Assembly: GCA_964016885.1 (NCBI GenBank)
Contig: OZ024746.1
Coordinates: 14,880,001 to 14,944,000, forward strand
Reading direction: 5' to 3'
DNA: 64,000 nt
Origin: Eledone cirrhosa
Taxonomy: Eukaryota
Position numbers and translations under genes: made by a program. Position 1 is the stretch's first letter. The number at the start of each line of letters is the position of its first letter. Under the pieces are notes generated by a model. It was not told the DNA's origin and searched no databases. It saw only the letters and a program-made list of their open reading frames with translations. This document shows, piece by piece, positions 1 through 12,420 of the stretch.

Positions 1-1918
1 TATATGTTAATATATGCTCAGGTGGGTCAGCAACACGTGACTCAAATACATGATTCCCCACACAAGCATTTTATTGTGACACCAGCACTACTAAGGTTGT
101 TTCCTTGACACAGCTGAAGAGTTCGCTCATCATCTTTGTTTGGTAGGTTTACTGTCACCAATATATATATATACACACACACATACATATATATATTTAT
201 ATACACACACATACATATATATATATATATACACACACACATATATATATATATATACACACACACATATATATATACACACACACATACATATATATAT
301 ACACACACATACATATATATATACACACACATACATATATATATATATACACACACACACATACAGACATATATATCATCATCATCATCGTTTAACGTCT
401 ATCTTCCACGCTAACATGGGTTAGATGGGAATTGTCCCATTTAAGGCAAGATTGGTCGGGTGACCGTGTCTCGCTCGTATAGGACTATCTGGCAGGTTTT
501 CTACGGCTGGATGCCCTTCCTAACACCAACCACATTTACAGTGTGGACTGGGAATTTTTTTACAGCATAGACTGTATTTTTTTTTTTTTGTCGGGACACC
601 TACACAACCTCATTAGTTTGGACTGGACGTTGTGGTACCAACATAACTTTATGGAGAAAGGGTGGTGCTGGCGGGAGTGGAGGTATATATACATATAAAC
701 TTTTGTTTATTTCTGTACAACTAAATTTTGTAGAATTTGATTTTATTCAGAGTTGCGTCTTGAAAGAAAACATTTAGAAGAAGAATTGTTGAAAGAATCC
801 AGCCCTAATAAATGTGTAGCTCCTGCTGTTGTGGTCAAGTTATCAGCTCCTGCCAGTGTGGTCAAGTTACCAATTAAGTGAGTACAGCATTCCTTGTCAT
901 TCACTGCTGCATGGGTCAGATGACTCATAGTCCATCTAAAAAGTCCCCAAATTATGATCCTGTGAAGTTGAACTGCAGTGACATGCTAGAACAAACTGAG
1001 CACATGGCCAAACCTCAAAGACCAACTACAAGAGGTAGAGTCTAAAGAATTGGGGTTTACGACTGGATGTTTGGCCATACAGGTCTGATCATTCTCCAAC
1101 CACAATATTGCTACACTATTACATCTAGATGTTGATGGAAATTGCTGCAGCTATCGCAGAGACACGACATCTGTACCAGGAGACTGCTGCAGCTATTGCA
1201 GAGACACGACATCTGTACCAGGAGACTGCTGCAGCTATTGCAGAGACACGACAGCTGCACCAACTTCTGAAATTAACCACTAAAGCCCACCTTTATTTGA
1301 AAGGTTGTCATATCTTTGGTATAACTAAAGAGTTCTATGGTCACTAACCACATTACAGAGTGCACTAGGTGCATTTTGTGATGGTCATACATTGTAAAGT
1401 AGCCAGCAGTCAAACGGAGGCAGAGTGTACATGGTGCATTTTATTTAAGCACCTACACCAGAGAGGTTGCCAATTCTTTGGCACTACTAAAGTCCTCTTT
1501 ATCATACATTGCCATTGTTTGATTGCTGACTACTTTACAGAGTGTACTGGATGTGTTTTGTTGTGGCACTAGTATCAGAGAGGCTGTCATGTCTTTACCG
1601 TTTTGTCATGGCACCAACACTAGAGAAGTTGTCAATAGAGACAATGTTGCCAAAGCCTTTTTCTTTAGATTTAACAAACTCTTTTGTTTCAGGAAACCAA
1701 ACCGAAATTTGGATGTTGACAAAAATATTCAAATCAGAGCTGGAAGTCAGTATAAGAAACCAGACACCAATATTGACATGAGTTTCTCTGAAACGTTATC
1801 TTTAGAGTTACCACAATACCGATATTTACCTCACCCTCCTCCAAGTGAAGCAAGATCCAAAATAAACTCTGCTGAGAAATTCCGAAGAATGATACATAAT
1901 TCCAGAGTGGCACATTAA
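1..1918 (+). CDS. 3' end of an unidentified spliced protein-coding gene (putative exons <1-21, 114-146, 751-877, 1693-1918)
   Basis: GT-AG junctions with consistent phases (1,1,2) join into one open frame: ..YVNICS/AEEFAHHLCLV/ELRLERKHLEEELLKESSPNKCVAPAVVVKLSAPASVVKLPI/KKPNRNLDVDK...LPHPPPSEARSKINSAEKFRRMIHNSRVAH*. There is a strong GTGAGT donor at 878 and a pyrimidine-rich acceptor at 1692. The donor at 147 is weak. Family not recognised. Confidence 0.55.
161..376. repeat. Compound (TA)n/(CA)n microsatellite
   Basis: Visible; one of many in the window. Confidence 0.95.
376..685 (-). mobile_element. SINE/LINE-tail repeat family with GGATGCCCTTCCTAACACCAACCAC core and (CAT)n end (copies also ~10340-10672, 29200-29820, 40040-40400, 45000-45340, 57480-57905, 59235-59452)
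   Basis: Many near-identical interspersed copies on both strands. Confidence 0.8.
1142..1262. repeat. 42 bp tandem repeat, ~3 copies
   Basis: GCTGCAGCTATTGCAGAGACACGACATCTGTACCAGGAGACT. Confidence 0.9.
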
Positions 1919-1988
1919 GGAATAATCTGCCACATTAAAGTAATTAGATACAATATGATGTGAGGGAATCCTTTATTATTATAATAAT

Positions 1989-4900
1989 TTACAAAGACTT
2001 CAGTGTGTAATGCTTCAGGAATTCATCTTTAAATTTGGATTTTGTAACAAGTAAAATAAATGCAGGTGTGCCGCCGATAACTGTGAAGCTGGTAAAAGAA
2101 AAGAAAATAATTCAGAATTAAATTGGTGTTTTGTTTTCTTCCAACAAAACCCCAGTTGTAAACACAGAAATTTACTGAGTAACAAAACTGAGGTGGTCTG
2201 TTATAAAGCAGCTACCATAAAACACTATTTCTGCTATCTCACAAGATATATATTAGAACAGTTACCATACAACACAGTATTTCTGTTTTATATTGGAACA
2301 GTTACCATAAGAAACACAGTATTACTCAAGTGGAATTAGAAAATGAGAGCAAGTGTCTATGCTTTCTGTATGTTTATGATTCAAGCCCCCTCCCACATAT
2401 AAACAATTAACTCTTTTCATACCAAAACACCCAAGTTTGCCCATAGTTCAATCATAGAAAGCCATTAAAGTATGTATAATTATTTAAAATCTTTCTATTA
2501 AATCTTTTTATATTAAAATCAATGTTATGTTCCAAACACCAACTTTACTAAATCCCGCCAAATTCTTCAGTATTTAAAAAAAGTATTTGAAAATTATAGG
2601 CAATGTCTTTCATTAAAAATAATAATGAAAGGGTTAAAATAAAGGTTTCTAGATCAACACCAGCCACCCCTATACACACATACTGAGGACACACAGACCA
2701 CAAATGTTGCATCAACACCATTTATAAAGCTGAGCCATGGCATCTGTTTATGTTCGCTATAAACGATATGGCCAGCAGTTCAAGCGACACCATCAACATT
2801 TACCATACTTAGAAGAAGGTATGGTTTGATATTAGGGAAAGGACATTTCATCATAAAAAAGGACCTCTTCAAACCCATGCAAGCATGGAAAAAATGGATT
2901 TTAATGCAATGATAGTGTTTTGCTACCACGATAAAAAACACCCAGTTCATACTGTAAATGTGGTTGGCATTAGGAAGTGCATCTAGTTGTAGAAACCAAG
3001 CCAGAAACAGTTCTGTATGAGCAAGACATGGTCATCTGATCTAACTTGTCTAACCCGTGTTGGCAGGGAAAAAATGGACATTAAACGGCAATGATGGTGA
3101 TTTGTAGACAATAAATAGCAAATACTTACTTTTTGTGTTGTAAAATTTGAAGTAATGATTTTTCAGGGGCAATTCTAAATAGAGTTTCTGTCTTGCTTTC
3201 TTCAAAATATATCTGGAAATTTAATGACATATTGTTCCTCATTACATGACTGTTTTCATTGAATCTATACTTAATGTGTAAAGTACCAGTCAAATACTGG
3301 GGTAGATATATACAAAATATTGTTTAACCATTTTGATACCAAACAATCTAAAACTGCCCCAGGTTCAAACTGTTTGTTTTAAGTGTTTATCTAAAAACCT
3401 TCCAACATAAATATAAGAACCTTTGTTAAGTTATATTCCAAACATCAACTTAATAATGAGAAAGTTAGTTATATTACCCCCCCCCCCCCCCCCCCCCCAT
3501 TTCTTTTTATTTTCCAAATGATTTGAAAATTAGTCAGTGTCTTTCATTAGAAATATGGTAATGTTTTTTTTTATTAGAAATATGGTCATGGAAGAGTTAA
3601 GACAATGTCTTTAATAGAAATATAGTAATGAAGGCAGTGTCTTTCATTAAAAATATTGTAATGAAAAGACAGTGTCTTTCATTAAAAATATGGTAATAGA
3701 AGGGTTAATGATAGCTTTGTTATATATTTGTCTCTAATTAATTACAGCAGCTGATAAGAAGAAGAAATCAAATGTAAATAAGCTTCTAAGGAATTTTTCT
3801 TAAATATTTGACAATTCCATTTTTACCTCAATATTTTCAGAAACATACTTATGTTCTTCATCCCAAGGAGCTGAAGAGGTTTCAAACATTTCCAATATAT
3901 GGTCAGAAAAGCTAGAAATAAATGATAGAAGAATGAAATTAATTTTAATATTACTCATGAAGAATACAGATATATTTTTTTAGATCAATCGACAAGATCC
4001 TGGACTTTATTTGCTTACCATGGTGGAACTTGTCAAATCAGACCAAGGAAATAATATTTCCATTGATCTTGCCAACTGCTGATATTATTTACTGGCAGAA
4101 AGAGCAACATGAAATAAAGTGTCTTGCTGAAGGACATAATGCATCACCCAATCCGGGAATCAAACTCACATCGCGATTGTGAATCCAGTCTCTAACCACT
4201 AAGCCATGCACCTTCATAATACAGATAATTACCTCATTCCAGTTTAGTATAGGTACACCATAGCCCTGTGTGTCATAAAAGGTGTCTAAAAAGGGTTGGT
4301 GTCAGGAAGGGTATCTGGCTGTAAAACATTACCCCAATATATCCTGTCCAACCCATGCCAGCATAGAAAGCTTGATGTAAATATTATGGTGGCAAGATTT
4401 GAACACAGAATCAGATAATTTTATCACTCTACTGTCCTATACTGCAACTTTATGGATACAAATATGGTCAAGTGGTTAACAAGATTGTTTTGCAATCATG
4501 AGGTTGTGGGTTCAATCCTGCTACATGGCAACTTCAGCAAGTGTCTTTTACCATAGCAGTGAGTCAACCTAAATTGGGTTGTGGAGTCTGTGTAGAAGCC
4601 TCTCAGATGGATTGTATCTGTATTTCAAAAGTGCAATTTTGTCACACACTTTGTCAAACTGATTCTATTTCAGAATTGCACTAAGGATTGTGAGGACTCT
4701 TCAGTTGTGTCAAAGACATAACAACCTCCCTAGTGCTGGTGCTGTGATAAATTGGAGTCAATAAAGCATCGGAATGTATGTAAGTGAGATGTAGAACCCT
4801 GGCACATCTGAGAAGTCAGTAGCTCCACTTGACCACTGACTGGTCTGCGAAGACCCATCCAACCCTTACTAGCAGGGAAAACAGAAATTAAATGATGATG

Positions 4901-7900
4901 ATGGTGGTATACATGTCTGAAATTAATAAGAATAAAAGTACATATATATATATATATACCAATGGTTTTCACAGAAGCTCTCAATAAAATCCGTCTGGTT
5001 ATATTCTGGGTACATAAAGAGAACAGGCCAATGTAGAACTTCGTTATCATCGAGATAGACTTTGGCACCAGCCGGGTTACAACCTTCCAGATTCGATAAA
5101 CTTAACACGGCTTTACCATTCTGTTTGTCAGTCCTCAGTTTAATATTTCGTTTCTGAAAATAATAGAAATATTTCTTAACATTTAACATCTAGTAATGAT
5201 TTAGCAGAAAATATAAAAAAAAAAAGGTTTGTTAATTCAAATTTTTATAGTTTCGGGTTTTGGCATCTGGTGGCTTGTCTACTATTTCAAGGGCGTTGCC
5301 CCAGCATGGCATCAGCCGGATGGCTGGAACAGGTAAAAGAATATCTTTACTAATGGACAAATTGTAAAAATTTGCTGTATTATCTTAACACCCTCTAACG
5401 ATTTAGCAGAACATATCTAAACACAGGCTTATTAATTCAAATGTTTATATTATCTTTACTAATGGATAGATCTTTGTGAATATTTGTAGTATTAACTCTA
5501 AACATCCTGTAATGACTTATCTAAACATTGTGTTGCTACTAGACAGATTTTTGTAAAAATTTGTAGTAAACTAAAGTAAAGACTTTAATTTTTAATGTAA
5601 TGCTCTCATAGTATTTATTGTTTTGTACTTTTCAAGAATATTTTACTATTATGGTTTCATGTGGTTTAAGTGAAATGTTTATAGTACCTTTACTAGTGGG
5701 CAGATATTAAAAAAAAGAGTTTATTTAATTCTTAATGGGATGCAGTCATAGTGCTATTTTGTACTTCAGGAATGTCTTGCTAATGTGTTTCCATGTGGTA
5801 CAGAACATTAAGAATAAACTTTAATCATAACAAATTATGATAAAAAGAACCTTATAATATTATAAACCAAACATCTTTATATACACGAACAACCAAATAA
5901 ACAGATTATATCAAATAAAATACAAAACTTACTTGGATCTCATTCAATAATTTTGATTCTAAAATATCATGTTTCTTCTCCTGTAATTGTTGCTTGCGTA
6001 TATCACGGTCTTGGAATTTCTTGAAGAAAAAACAAAAATGAATTATGGTTAATATCAACATCATCATAAGTTTTGTGTCTGCTTTTCCATGTTGGTATGG
6101 GTTGAACAAGATTTGTTGAGCCAGAATTTTACAGCTGAATAATGTTAGCAGGTAAATGGAGAGATAGAGTAATTAAGGTGAGGTAGTGTAGGTGTGACAG
6201 AAAGTATAGTAATTAAGGTAGGTAGTGTGGGTGTGACAGAAGGTATAGTAATTAAGGTGAGGTAGCATAGCTGTGACAGAATAATTAAGATAAGATAAAT
6301 CATAAACAACACAAGTTATTTCTACAAGTGTACCATAACAGATATCCCTACAGATGTACAACAGTTATTTCTACAGATGTACCACAATCAGGACTGGTTG
6401 GTCAATAGATAAATGATATCAACATTATGACAACCAGTGATTTTAATGGACATGTGGTGACTTTAATGAACATGTGGGGCAACACCAAGACTCATCCAAC
6501 CCATGGAAACATGGAACAATAAATATCCCCAAATATGTGAGAAAGAAATTACCTTTAATTTTAGTGATTTATCTTTTAAGGCAGAAAGTTTTTCATTTTC
6601 AGGTTCAATGTAAATATTAAGTCAAGGATTGTAACAACACCAAACCCAGCAACCACCACAAAACTACCAAGAACAACACGAACAACATATTTTAAGGCCA
6701 TTTCCTCTGCTAAAACAAGCACTATTCTGCTCACCTAGTCCCTTTCATCCTTCCTCAACACATGACCCAGCCATCTCATTCCAGGCTCTATTGCGCTCAC
6801 CTAGTCCCTTTCATCCTTCCTCAACACATGACAAAGCCATCTCATTCCAGACTTTATTCTTCTCACCTTTCATCCTTCAACACATGACCTAGCCATTTTA
6901 TTTCTCTTTACAACATTCATTACTGGCTCTATTCCACTCATCTACAGTTCATTGTTTTCCTTCCTCCCTCTCAGATACTCCACTCATTTTCCAGAGATAT
7001 TCGCATCACCTATTCAAAGACATCCTGTCACTGAGAAATATTTGAAAAGAATTTATAAAGGATATTCTTAAACCTGCTTCACACCATTTAATTGCCTCTG
7101 AGAATTTCTTCAACTCAATACAACACTGAGATCCTAGAAAATAAGATTATATATATATATATATTTATATATACACGCACGTGTGTGTGTGTGTGTATTC
7201 GTGAGTGAATAATAATTGTTTCTACTTTTGGCACAAGGCCAGCAATTACCCAGTGCATTACTGGTACTTTATTTTATCGACCTCAAGGTGGGATTTGAAC
7301 TCAGAATGGCAATGGCCGTAACTCTATGCGTCAAAGCATAGCGCCCGACCCTCTACCGATACTGCCAATTCACGTGAGTGAATAATAATAAGATATTATT
7401 ATCCCACTGAAGTTAAATTTGCCTTTCATCCTTACGGGGTCAATAAAATAAAGTACCAGTAATGCACTGGGGTAATTGCTGGCCTTGTGTCAAAAGTAGA
7501 TACAATTATATTATTCACTCACAAATACACTTAGGTATCCACCACGTTAAGAGCAAAAACAAATTTATATATATAAGTATGTATGTATGTATACACACAC
7601 ATTTTGATTTTGAGACTTCAACACCATTATAATTATAAATAAATAAAACTAAATGACAGCTTTACCTCTGACAAAGGCTTTCAAGTACTTCTCCTTGAAC
7701 TTACATGCCATGATACAGTCCAATAAAGCATAACCAAAGTTACCTGAAAGAAGAACATGGATTAGAATTTAACCATTCCATTACCACATTTCTAATGAAA
7801 GACACTGTCTATGTGATTAACCCTTTCATTACCACATTTCTAATGAAAGACACTGTCTATGTGATTAACCTTTTCATTACCATATTTGTTATGAAAAACG

Positions 7901-10900
7901 CTAACTATGTCATTAACCCAGACGTGTGTGTGTGCGTGATGTGTGTGGAAATAAGAGGGGAAGGAAAGCAATAACTATTAACGTGTGCGTGTGTATGTAC
8001 GTGTGTGTATGTGTCTGTGTGTGCGTGCAGCGTTCCACAGAAAGTAAAAACTATCAACATGTGTGAGTGCGTGTGTGTGTAAGTGCACGGGTGCGTGTGC
8101 GCGTATGCGTGTGTACGTGCAGCGTTCCACAATTGCCACACAGTTTATCTGTCTGTGTGCCTGTCTGTCTGTCTAACATACACAGAGTTGTGAAGGGAGT
8201 AAATAGGGACCTTTTTTTACGCTGACAGACATCTTTTATATTTATTATTGTGTCATTTTTTGACAATTGCTCGAAATGAATACTGATAACAAAAGCAATT
8301 CGACTTTATCAAACAGTGAACTACAGTGGCGACGGCGTGCAGCCAGGAATGAAGAAAAACGGGCCAAATAGCGCCATCGGAACGCCGAACTTCAGAGGTG
8401 ATGATGTGCTGGCATGAATGACAACCACGGTCTATGCAATGATACACGTTTTACAGTCAGGCAGAAGATGAACCATCTCCTAGATGTCACTATTCTAGGT
8501 GGGAGCACCTAGAATTGTTCATATACTATGCACAAACGGTACAACGAAGAATCTGGTATATCTGGAAGATTTTTTTTACTGTTTTTGTATCACACACATG
8601 GACTCGCCTCATACTGTAACCAGACAAACATCCAATGCAGTCTTCTCTTATCATCTGTTTACCCGGGCGAAGCTGGGTACGTCAGCTAGTATAACTTTCT
8701 CAATATTAAGTCAGTGTCTAGATACTTCCCCTTGTCTGTCATGGCTTACTAGCTTTATATAAGGGATACTAGATACCTCCCTTAGTCTGTCATGGCTTAG
8801 CAACTACATATAAGGGATACTAGATAACTCTCCTAGTCTGTCAGAGCTTACTAACTCTATACAGACATTTAAATAAAATAAATAAATCAGTTGTTGTTTA
8901 CCTACCCAGTTGATAATGTGAAGCAGCTCTATTACAATATAACATAGCATTCAATAGTTTATCTGGAGCTTGAGTCTTGATTCCTTCAGTGAAGTTGTCA
9001 ACAGCTGTACGATAATCTTGTTTTCGAAACAGATAGTTGCCTTCTTCCTTAAAACTGTCTGCTTTCACTAGAATTATATTCAAAATATGAAACCAAATGT
9101 ATCTCTAAAATATGTTGATTGATCAAAGGAGCTACTGTATTTCATGGTATATAAAAGACATTCCTTTTTAATCAAAATTATCATTCAGGTTTTGTATGTA
9201 AAATTAGAGAAATGGATGTCAAATGATGATGATGAGCTGTCTAGGAGACTGATATTTACTGTAGATTTGCAGTCTAACTTTATAACACTGTAATATCATG
9301 TAGATATTTAATAGTCAAATTTATGTTATGTTTTTTATTTGCCACAACACATTTAATTTTACAAAGCTGTTTACACAAAAACAAAACATTATTAAAGGGA
9401 ACAAGAAAAAGGGAAATGAAAAAAGAATTAAGCAATGAAAAAAGGGGAGAGGGTGAAGGACAAAATAGCAAAGGCATTACAACAGAGAATGATCAGAGAC
9501 ACCTGCTGCAACAGCCACCTCATTTCACGTGTCTCCTTCCTCAAACGGACTGGGGAGGCCGATGTTTATCAAGACACTATATATTACTGATACTAATACC
9601 TAGCTTAACATATTTAAGTTGTTGGAACACCATAGTGATATATGGCATGTCTTGGACATTTAAACCTGACAGCACCCATCCCGCTCCAAGTATGACTCAG
9701 AGAATGACTGAGAGTGAGAGAGAAAAAGTGAAAAAGAGGATAGCAAGGGAGACATTAAAAAAGCCATTCTAACTAACAAGGGCTCACTCCTGCAGGTAAC
9801 CAACTCTGTTTTAATAGCAGTGAGTAGGGAAACAGCTCAGGAACCAAGAACACCAGAAGTCTCCACCCATAGCATGGTCCTGTAACTCCTGGTGGAGTCA
9901 TAGGGGCACAACATTGACATACAGCGTTTCTTGGGCATTGTTAAATCTGGCAATCCTCTCTACCCATGCATTAAAGGAAAAAGAATATACTTACTGACAG
10001 GGTTCTCATCTTCATATTTTAGAGCTTGTATGGCTTCCAAAGCAGGGTGAAGAGGTTTAGAAGGATCAATTTCTTTCAAAAAGGCTGGGTGGGACTCTAA
10101 TTCCTGCAATAATTAACATCTTTAATTAATTAATGTCTTACATTATTTTTTTGTCAAGTTTTAAAGGAATAACTAAAAACAAAATCAACCCATTTAAAGG
10201 TATAGGTCAGAGATCTAAAACTCAAGAACTCAAAAGTACCATTACATCCTAGGAAAGAGGCACAACAATGGGGAGTTATTTCCACTAGTTATAATGCTAA
10301 TCTGCAATACAACTAATAGGCTGCTTAACAAAAATACACCCCGGCCCCACTACCCCTACCCCATCAACTCTACCCCTTCCAATGTAAAGTTATGTTGGTA
10401 CCACAGCATCCAGCCTGAAACAAATGAGGGCGTGTAGGTGTCACGACAAAAAAACACAGTCCACGCTGTAATGTGGCCGTGTAGGTAACACGGTAAAAAC
10501 CTCCCAGTCCACACTGTAAACGTGGTTGGTGTTAGGAAGGGCATCCAGCCGTAGAAAACCCGCCAGACAGTCCTATACGAGCAAGACAACCAATCTTGGC
10601 TGAAATGGGAAAATTCCCGTCCAAACCCATGCAAGCGTGGAGGATGGACGTTAAACGATGATGATGATGATGAATTTCATCAAAATGAATACACATGATA
10701 GTAAAATATGTAAATTAATACAAAATGTAAGGGAACAAATTCTGTATCTACTTTTGGTAAATTCCCGACGGCTGAGCTCTTGCCGTTTCGGCAGCAAATT
10801 CCAGATATATAAATGTGCGTAGCTGCATCAATGTGTTTACATTTACTGTTGTTAATGTCCCATAATTTAATGGTTCGACAAACAGAGATTGATAAATGTG

Positions 10901-11045
10901 TAAAACTCACAGCAATAATTTCTTCTATACTTTTAGATTCAGTTTCGGGAGTCCTCTTCTCCGCTTTTTTAATCATTTCATTAAGGAAGCCATCGAATTC
11001 TTCATCTACTTTTTCACTAAGACTTTCAGTCATGTCGGAAGACAT
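1989..11045 (-). CDS. TTC4: Tetratricopeptide repeat protein 4 (Hsp70/Hsp90 co-chaperone, Cns1/Dpit47 family), ~385 aa, 11 coding exons
   Basis: Exons 11045-10911, 10103-9995, 9067-8906, 7743-7666, 7133-7066, 6609-6553, 6019-5933, 5153-4960, 3911-3827, 3212-3130 and 2088-1989 total 1158 nt in one frame. TPR segment: ADSFKEEGNYLFRKQDYRTAVDNFTEGI...LYCNRAASHYQLGNFG. Wheel-domain motifs: LHWPVLFMYPEYNQTDFI, APWDEEHKY, VIGGTPAFILL. Confidence 0.93.
2411..2633. mobile_element. TTAA-flanked piggyBac-type MITE (relatives ~3325-3710, 7770-7920, 18648-18900, 42820-43070)
   Basis: TTAA|CTCTTTTCATACC...AATGAAAGGG|TTAA. The end motif GAAATATGGTAATGAAAGGGTTAA recurs throughout the window. Confidence 0.6.
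6610..7065 (-). other. U12-type (minor spliceosome) AT-AC intron of TTC4
   Basis: 5' end ATATCCTTT (7065-7057), branch site TCCTTGAC (6628-6621), terminal AC (6611-6610). Removing it joins WCEAGLR to IEPENEKL in frame. Confidence 0.9.
8146..8689 (+). mobile_element. Non-autonomous Helitron-like element (5' boundary uncertain)
   Basis: Subterminal GC hairpin ACCCGGGCGAAGCTGGGT, then CTAG|T at 8686-8690. A (CTGT)n tract lies near the 5' end. Confidence 0.55.
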
Positions 11046-11079
11046 TTTAAACGTCACTAAAATAAAAATAAAAATAAAT

Positions 11080-11275
11080 ATTAATAATTGTTTCTACTTT
11101 TGGCACAAGGCCAGCAATTACTCAGTGTATTACTGGTACTTTATTTTATCGACCCCGTAAGGATGAAAGGCAAAATTAACCTCGGCGGTATTTGAACTCA
11201 GATTGGAAAGGGCCGTAACTCTATGCGTCAAAGCATGGCGTCCGACCCGCTACCAATACTGCCAATCCACCAAAA
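11080..11275 (-). mobile_element. tRNA-derived SINE family with (ATT)n tail (copies also ~7210-7375, 31155-31360, 36920-37100, 45545-45750, 52560-52720, 62390-62600)
   Basis: Recurrent TTGTTTCTAC..GGCACAAGGCCAGCAATT..CTGGTACTTTATTTTATCGACCCC..GGATGAAAGGCAAA..GGATTTGAACTC. The last motif is a B box on the - strand. Confidence 0.8.
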
Positions 11276-11299
11276 TAAATAATAATAATAATCGTACAT

Positions 11300-11480
11300 C
11301 AGTGTTTCAGCAAATGATTTTTAAACAATTTCAAAAATTATCGAGAATTTGGAGGTGTATAGTAGTATAACTAAACTTCTCGTTGTTGAGCTCGTGTTTA
11401 GAACATGACGTCGAGCACTATCCCACATGCAGTGAACACTTATTAATTGACGTGTGACGTCGTTAAATTTTATTTTAAAC
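11300..11480 (-). promoter_or_regulatory. Probable TTC4 promoter / non-coding first exon
   Basis: Repeat-free, CpG-containing stretch with clustered TGACGT (CRE/ATF-like) motifs at ~11405-11462. The ATG exon has an acceptor at 11057, which implies an upstream UTR exon. Confidence 0.4.
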
Positions 11481-12156
11481 ATTGGCTCTTTTATATTACT
11501 ATAGTTGGTGATATGTTTGGGAAGGGAATTAGTACAAAATCCATCAAGGACAAGCATTTAAGGCCAATTTCCTTGCGAGCCCTATGACAGGTTTTATACT
11601 CATTATATCGTCTTTCTGGTTGGTAAATTTTTATTATAACAACCCGTCGCGGAGACTAGTGTTTTGGAATTCTCGGGAGGGGGAGCCACAGAAAACATTT
11701 GACAACAGTTTTAAAGGCCATATTCATTTAAAACACCCTAAAAATCATTAAAAAAAAAGAATTTCACCTCCAAAGTTCTAACCAGACCTATCAATTAACT
11801 AGCCTGAAAATTAAAAAATAATTTACTATTACGCAAGTCTCAGAGACGGGTGTAATAAAAAAAATAATTACAAAATATTCTAAACATAAACAAATGAAAA
11901 TTTAGGGGGAACTTGCATATTGTTAAATAATAGTAAAATGTAATTTATGGACAGATGAAATGATGGAATTTGTTCAGAAATAAAATTTACAAACATTAAA
12001 ATTGCGATAATATCCAAGACACGTGCTGCGTAACTGACAGTGATCTCCCTTGATTACCAGTGTAAAGTACACACACAAATAAATGTCCGGCTAATTTCTC
12101 TGTATTGTAGCATTTAGAAAATGTAGAAATTCCAAACACAGAAAATAAGTATAACC

Positions 12157-12420
12157 ACAGCCGCGTAGCCTAATGGTTAGGATGTTGGACTTATGATCAT
12201 AATGTCGTCGGTTCGATTCCTGGACAGGGTGATGCGCTGTGTTCTTGAACAAAATACTTTATTTCACGTTGCTCCAGTAGACTCAGCTGAGAGTGAGTAC
12301 CAGCAGTAGCTCGTTAATCCTGCGATAGACCAGCGTCCTGTCCAGGGAGAGTCTTGTACTCTCAATCACTTAACGCCAAGGAAACCAGGGATAAGCACCG
12401 GTCTGATGAACCTTCGACTT
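12157..12420 (+). mobile_element. tRNA-derived SINE
   Basis: A box TAGCCTAATGG and B box GGTTCGATTCC. The central domain is shared with the 53290 copy. A related inverted copy lies at ~43135-43360. Confidence 0.75.

Noticed and set aside
101-113. U12-like branch sequence TTCCTTGAC before an AG
   Set aside because: Too close to the AG, and the upstream donor (GTGGGT) is not RTATCCT, so it is treated as a U2 intron.
42-424. ORFs rich in Y/I/C/V/H/T (also ~21040-21750, 32260-32950, 36385-36880, 37852-38496)
   Set aside because: Translations of TA/CA microsatellites.
9323-9772. 149-aa + strand ORF
   Set aside because: Antisense in a TTC4 intron, low-complexity, with no recognisable domain.
12157-12230. 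tRNA gene (also 53290-53362 and ~4460-4525)
   Set aside because: A/B boxes are present, but there is no proper acceptor stem and the sequence continues into a SINE body.
12380-12420. GAAAC...CTGATGA at a SINE 3' end as a hammerhead
   Set aside because: No convincing stems closing the core could be drawn.
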